DNA of 64,000 nucleotides from Tubiluchus corallicola. Lineage: Eukaryota > Animalia > Priapulida. Numbering within the stretch: the stretch's first letter is position 1; every line of letters starts with the position of its first letter. A program made the position numbers and the translations under genes. This document shows positions 62,845 through 64,000 of this stretch, piece after piece. The stretch spans positions 138,709 to 202,708 of the forward strand of contig JAQGDQ010000420.1 of NCBI GenBank assembly GCA_030141605.1. The letters run 5' to 3'. The notes under the pieces are model-generated. The model ran no database searches, was not told the origin of the DNA, and saw nothing but the letters and a program-made list of their open reading frames with translations.

Positions 62845-63447
62845 AGGTAGACAGAATGATTTTTTATATTCTACCCCATTTTCAAGTCCAGTAAAAAGTA
62901 TACATTTTAACTCAATTAATACTGCAAAAGCGTTTCTGATAATTAAATAATAGATTAGAAACTTAATTAACGACGGGTGAGCCCAACTATTGATGACATC
63001 ACAAACTAACATAATTTTCCAGAGGAAGAATATTCCACGAGCGTGTTGCACGTGTTTGCAAAAGGGAAAATTGAAGTACAGTGCTACTGTTAGAGATTCA
63101 GTGTGTCGTACTAAAACTAGACAAGTTTTAAGATACTAGCTGAAATTTCAAATTTACTGCTGTGCTCAAGCATGAGCTGTCGAACGTGTGTAGTACGTTA
63201 GAAACGAACATTTTCTATGAGGTACAGTGCCCGTTTTTTGTGCAACGTGTTTCTGGAGTGCCCGTCTAACTAGAGAATGGCGAAATGCATGTAACAGTAA
63301 AGAACTACTGGCAGGAACGTGAAATTGTGTTTGTGTGGAAATAATTCTTTCACTTATGTCATTTTAGAAAACATTGTATGTTTCCTTTCAATATTTTAAA
63401 GAGCAGTTTGTTTTGAGCTGCAGTTCTAGATTGGGTCCGGTTCTGCT
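62845..63447. mobile_element. ~600-bp Kolobok-like non-autonomous element, copy 2
   Basis: ATAA-AGG...GCT-TTAA; diverged direct copy of 49204-49820. Confidence 0.7.
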
Positions 63448-64000
63448 TTAAATTATTCGTGGCCAATTTGAAATGGCAAAGAACAAGGAAAATGATATAT
63501 GATATAATCATCAAAACTTTTAAATGATATATCAAAACATTTTACGATAGAAACTCTTAAAAGATCCTTCAAGCACAAGAGTACTTTCCTACTTACATAA
63601 AGCAAAAAATATCGTCTTGAAATTTTAAGTCACTTACATGCTACGGTCTTATTGCACACAGGGCTTGCGTTAGTAGTAACTCTGTATAAAACTTGCAAAT
63701 TTAAACTGCCGCGATCATTGTTAGGCGCAATTATTTTGTTACGATTCTTATTACGGTAAGTCGTTTGAAACAAGTTTAGATAACACTGCAATGAAGTTTG
63801 AAAAAATAACCACAGCATTTGTAGCGCACTCTTCACTAACTAAAACCTTAAATTACTTTATATTGGCAATAAGATAAGAATGTGTTTCTTGGTGAGCCAG
63901 TGGTGCACACTGGGAAGGCGATGCAGTGACATTTACCACGTATTTTATATTAATAAGAATTTTCCATTCCAATTACATAAGTTTTCTTTCTATATTTTAA

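Overview
AT-rich, intron-containing genomic DNA from an invertebrate animal; it is not prokaryotic, and I found no CRISPR array. I reconstructed three host genes by hand from GT-AG exons. They are a complete 12-exon retinol-saturase-like gene (RETSAT, +, 2142-19539, ~634 aa), a convergent 10-exon amidase-signature amidase (-, 28986-20319, ~533 aa), and the 5' part of an SLC5 sodium:solute symporter (+, from 54307, continuing past the window). Between them (29-52 kb) is an accessory zone. It holds orphan terminal exons of other genes, a 5'-truncated RTE-clade LINE with an intact ORF, and a decayed intron-rich THAP-DDE (Kolobok-type) transposase. An intron of that transposase carries a 5S-rRNA-headed SINE with an RTE tail. 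The zone also has three copies of an unidentified exon (LAxxIFGWSLPGQV) with only synonymous differences in its core, next to a conserved hairpin-enclosed Pol III-like element. An internally deleted Gmr1-like LTR retrotransposon sits in an SLC5 intron. MITEs, solo LTRs, LINE tails and mini/microsatellites fill the introns. All coordinates and translations were read manually and no database searches were run.
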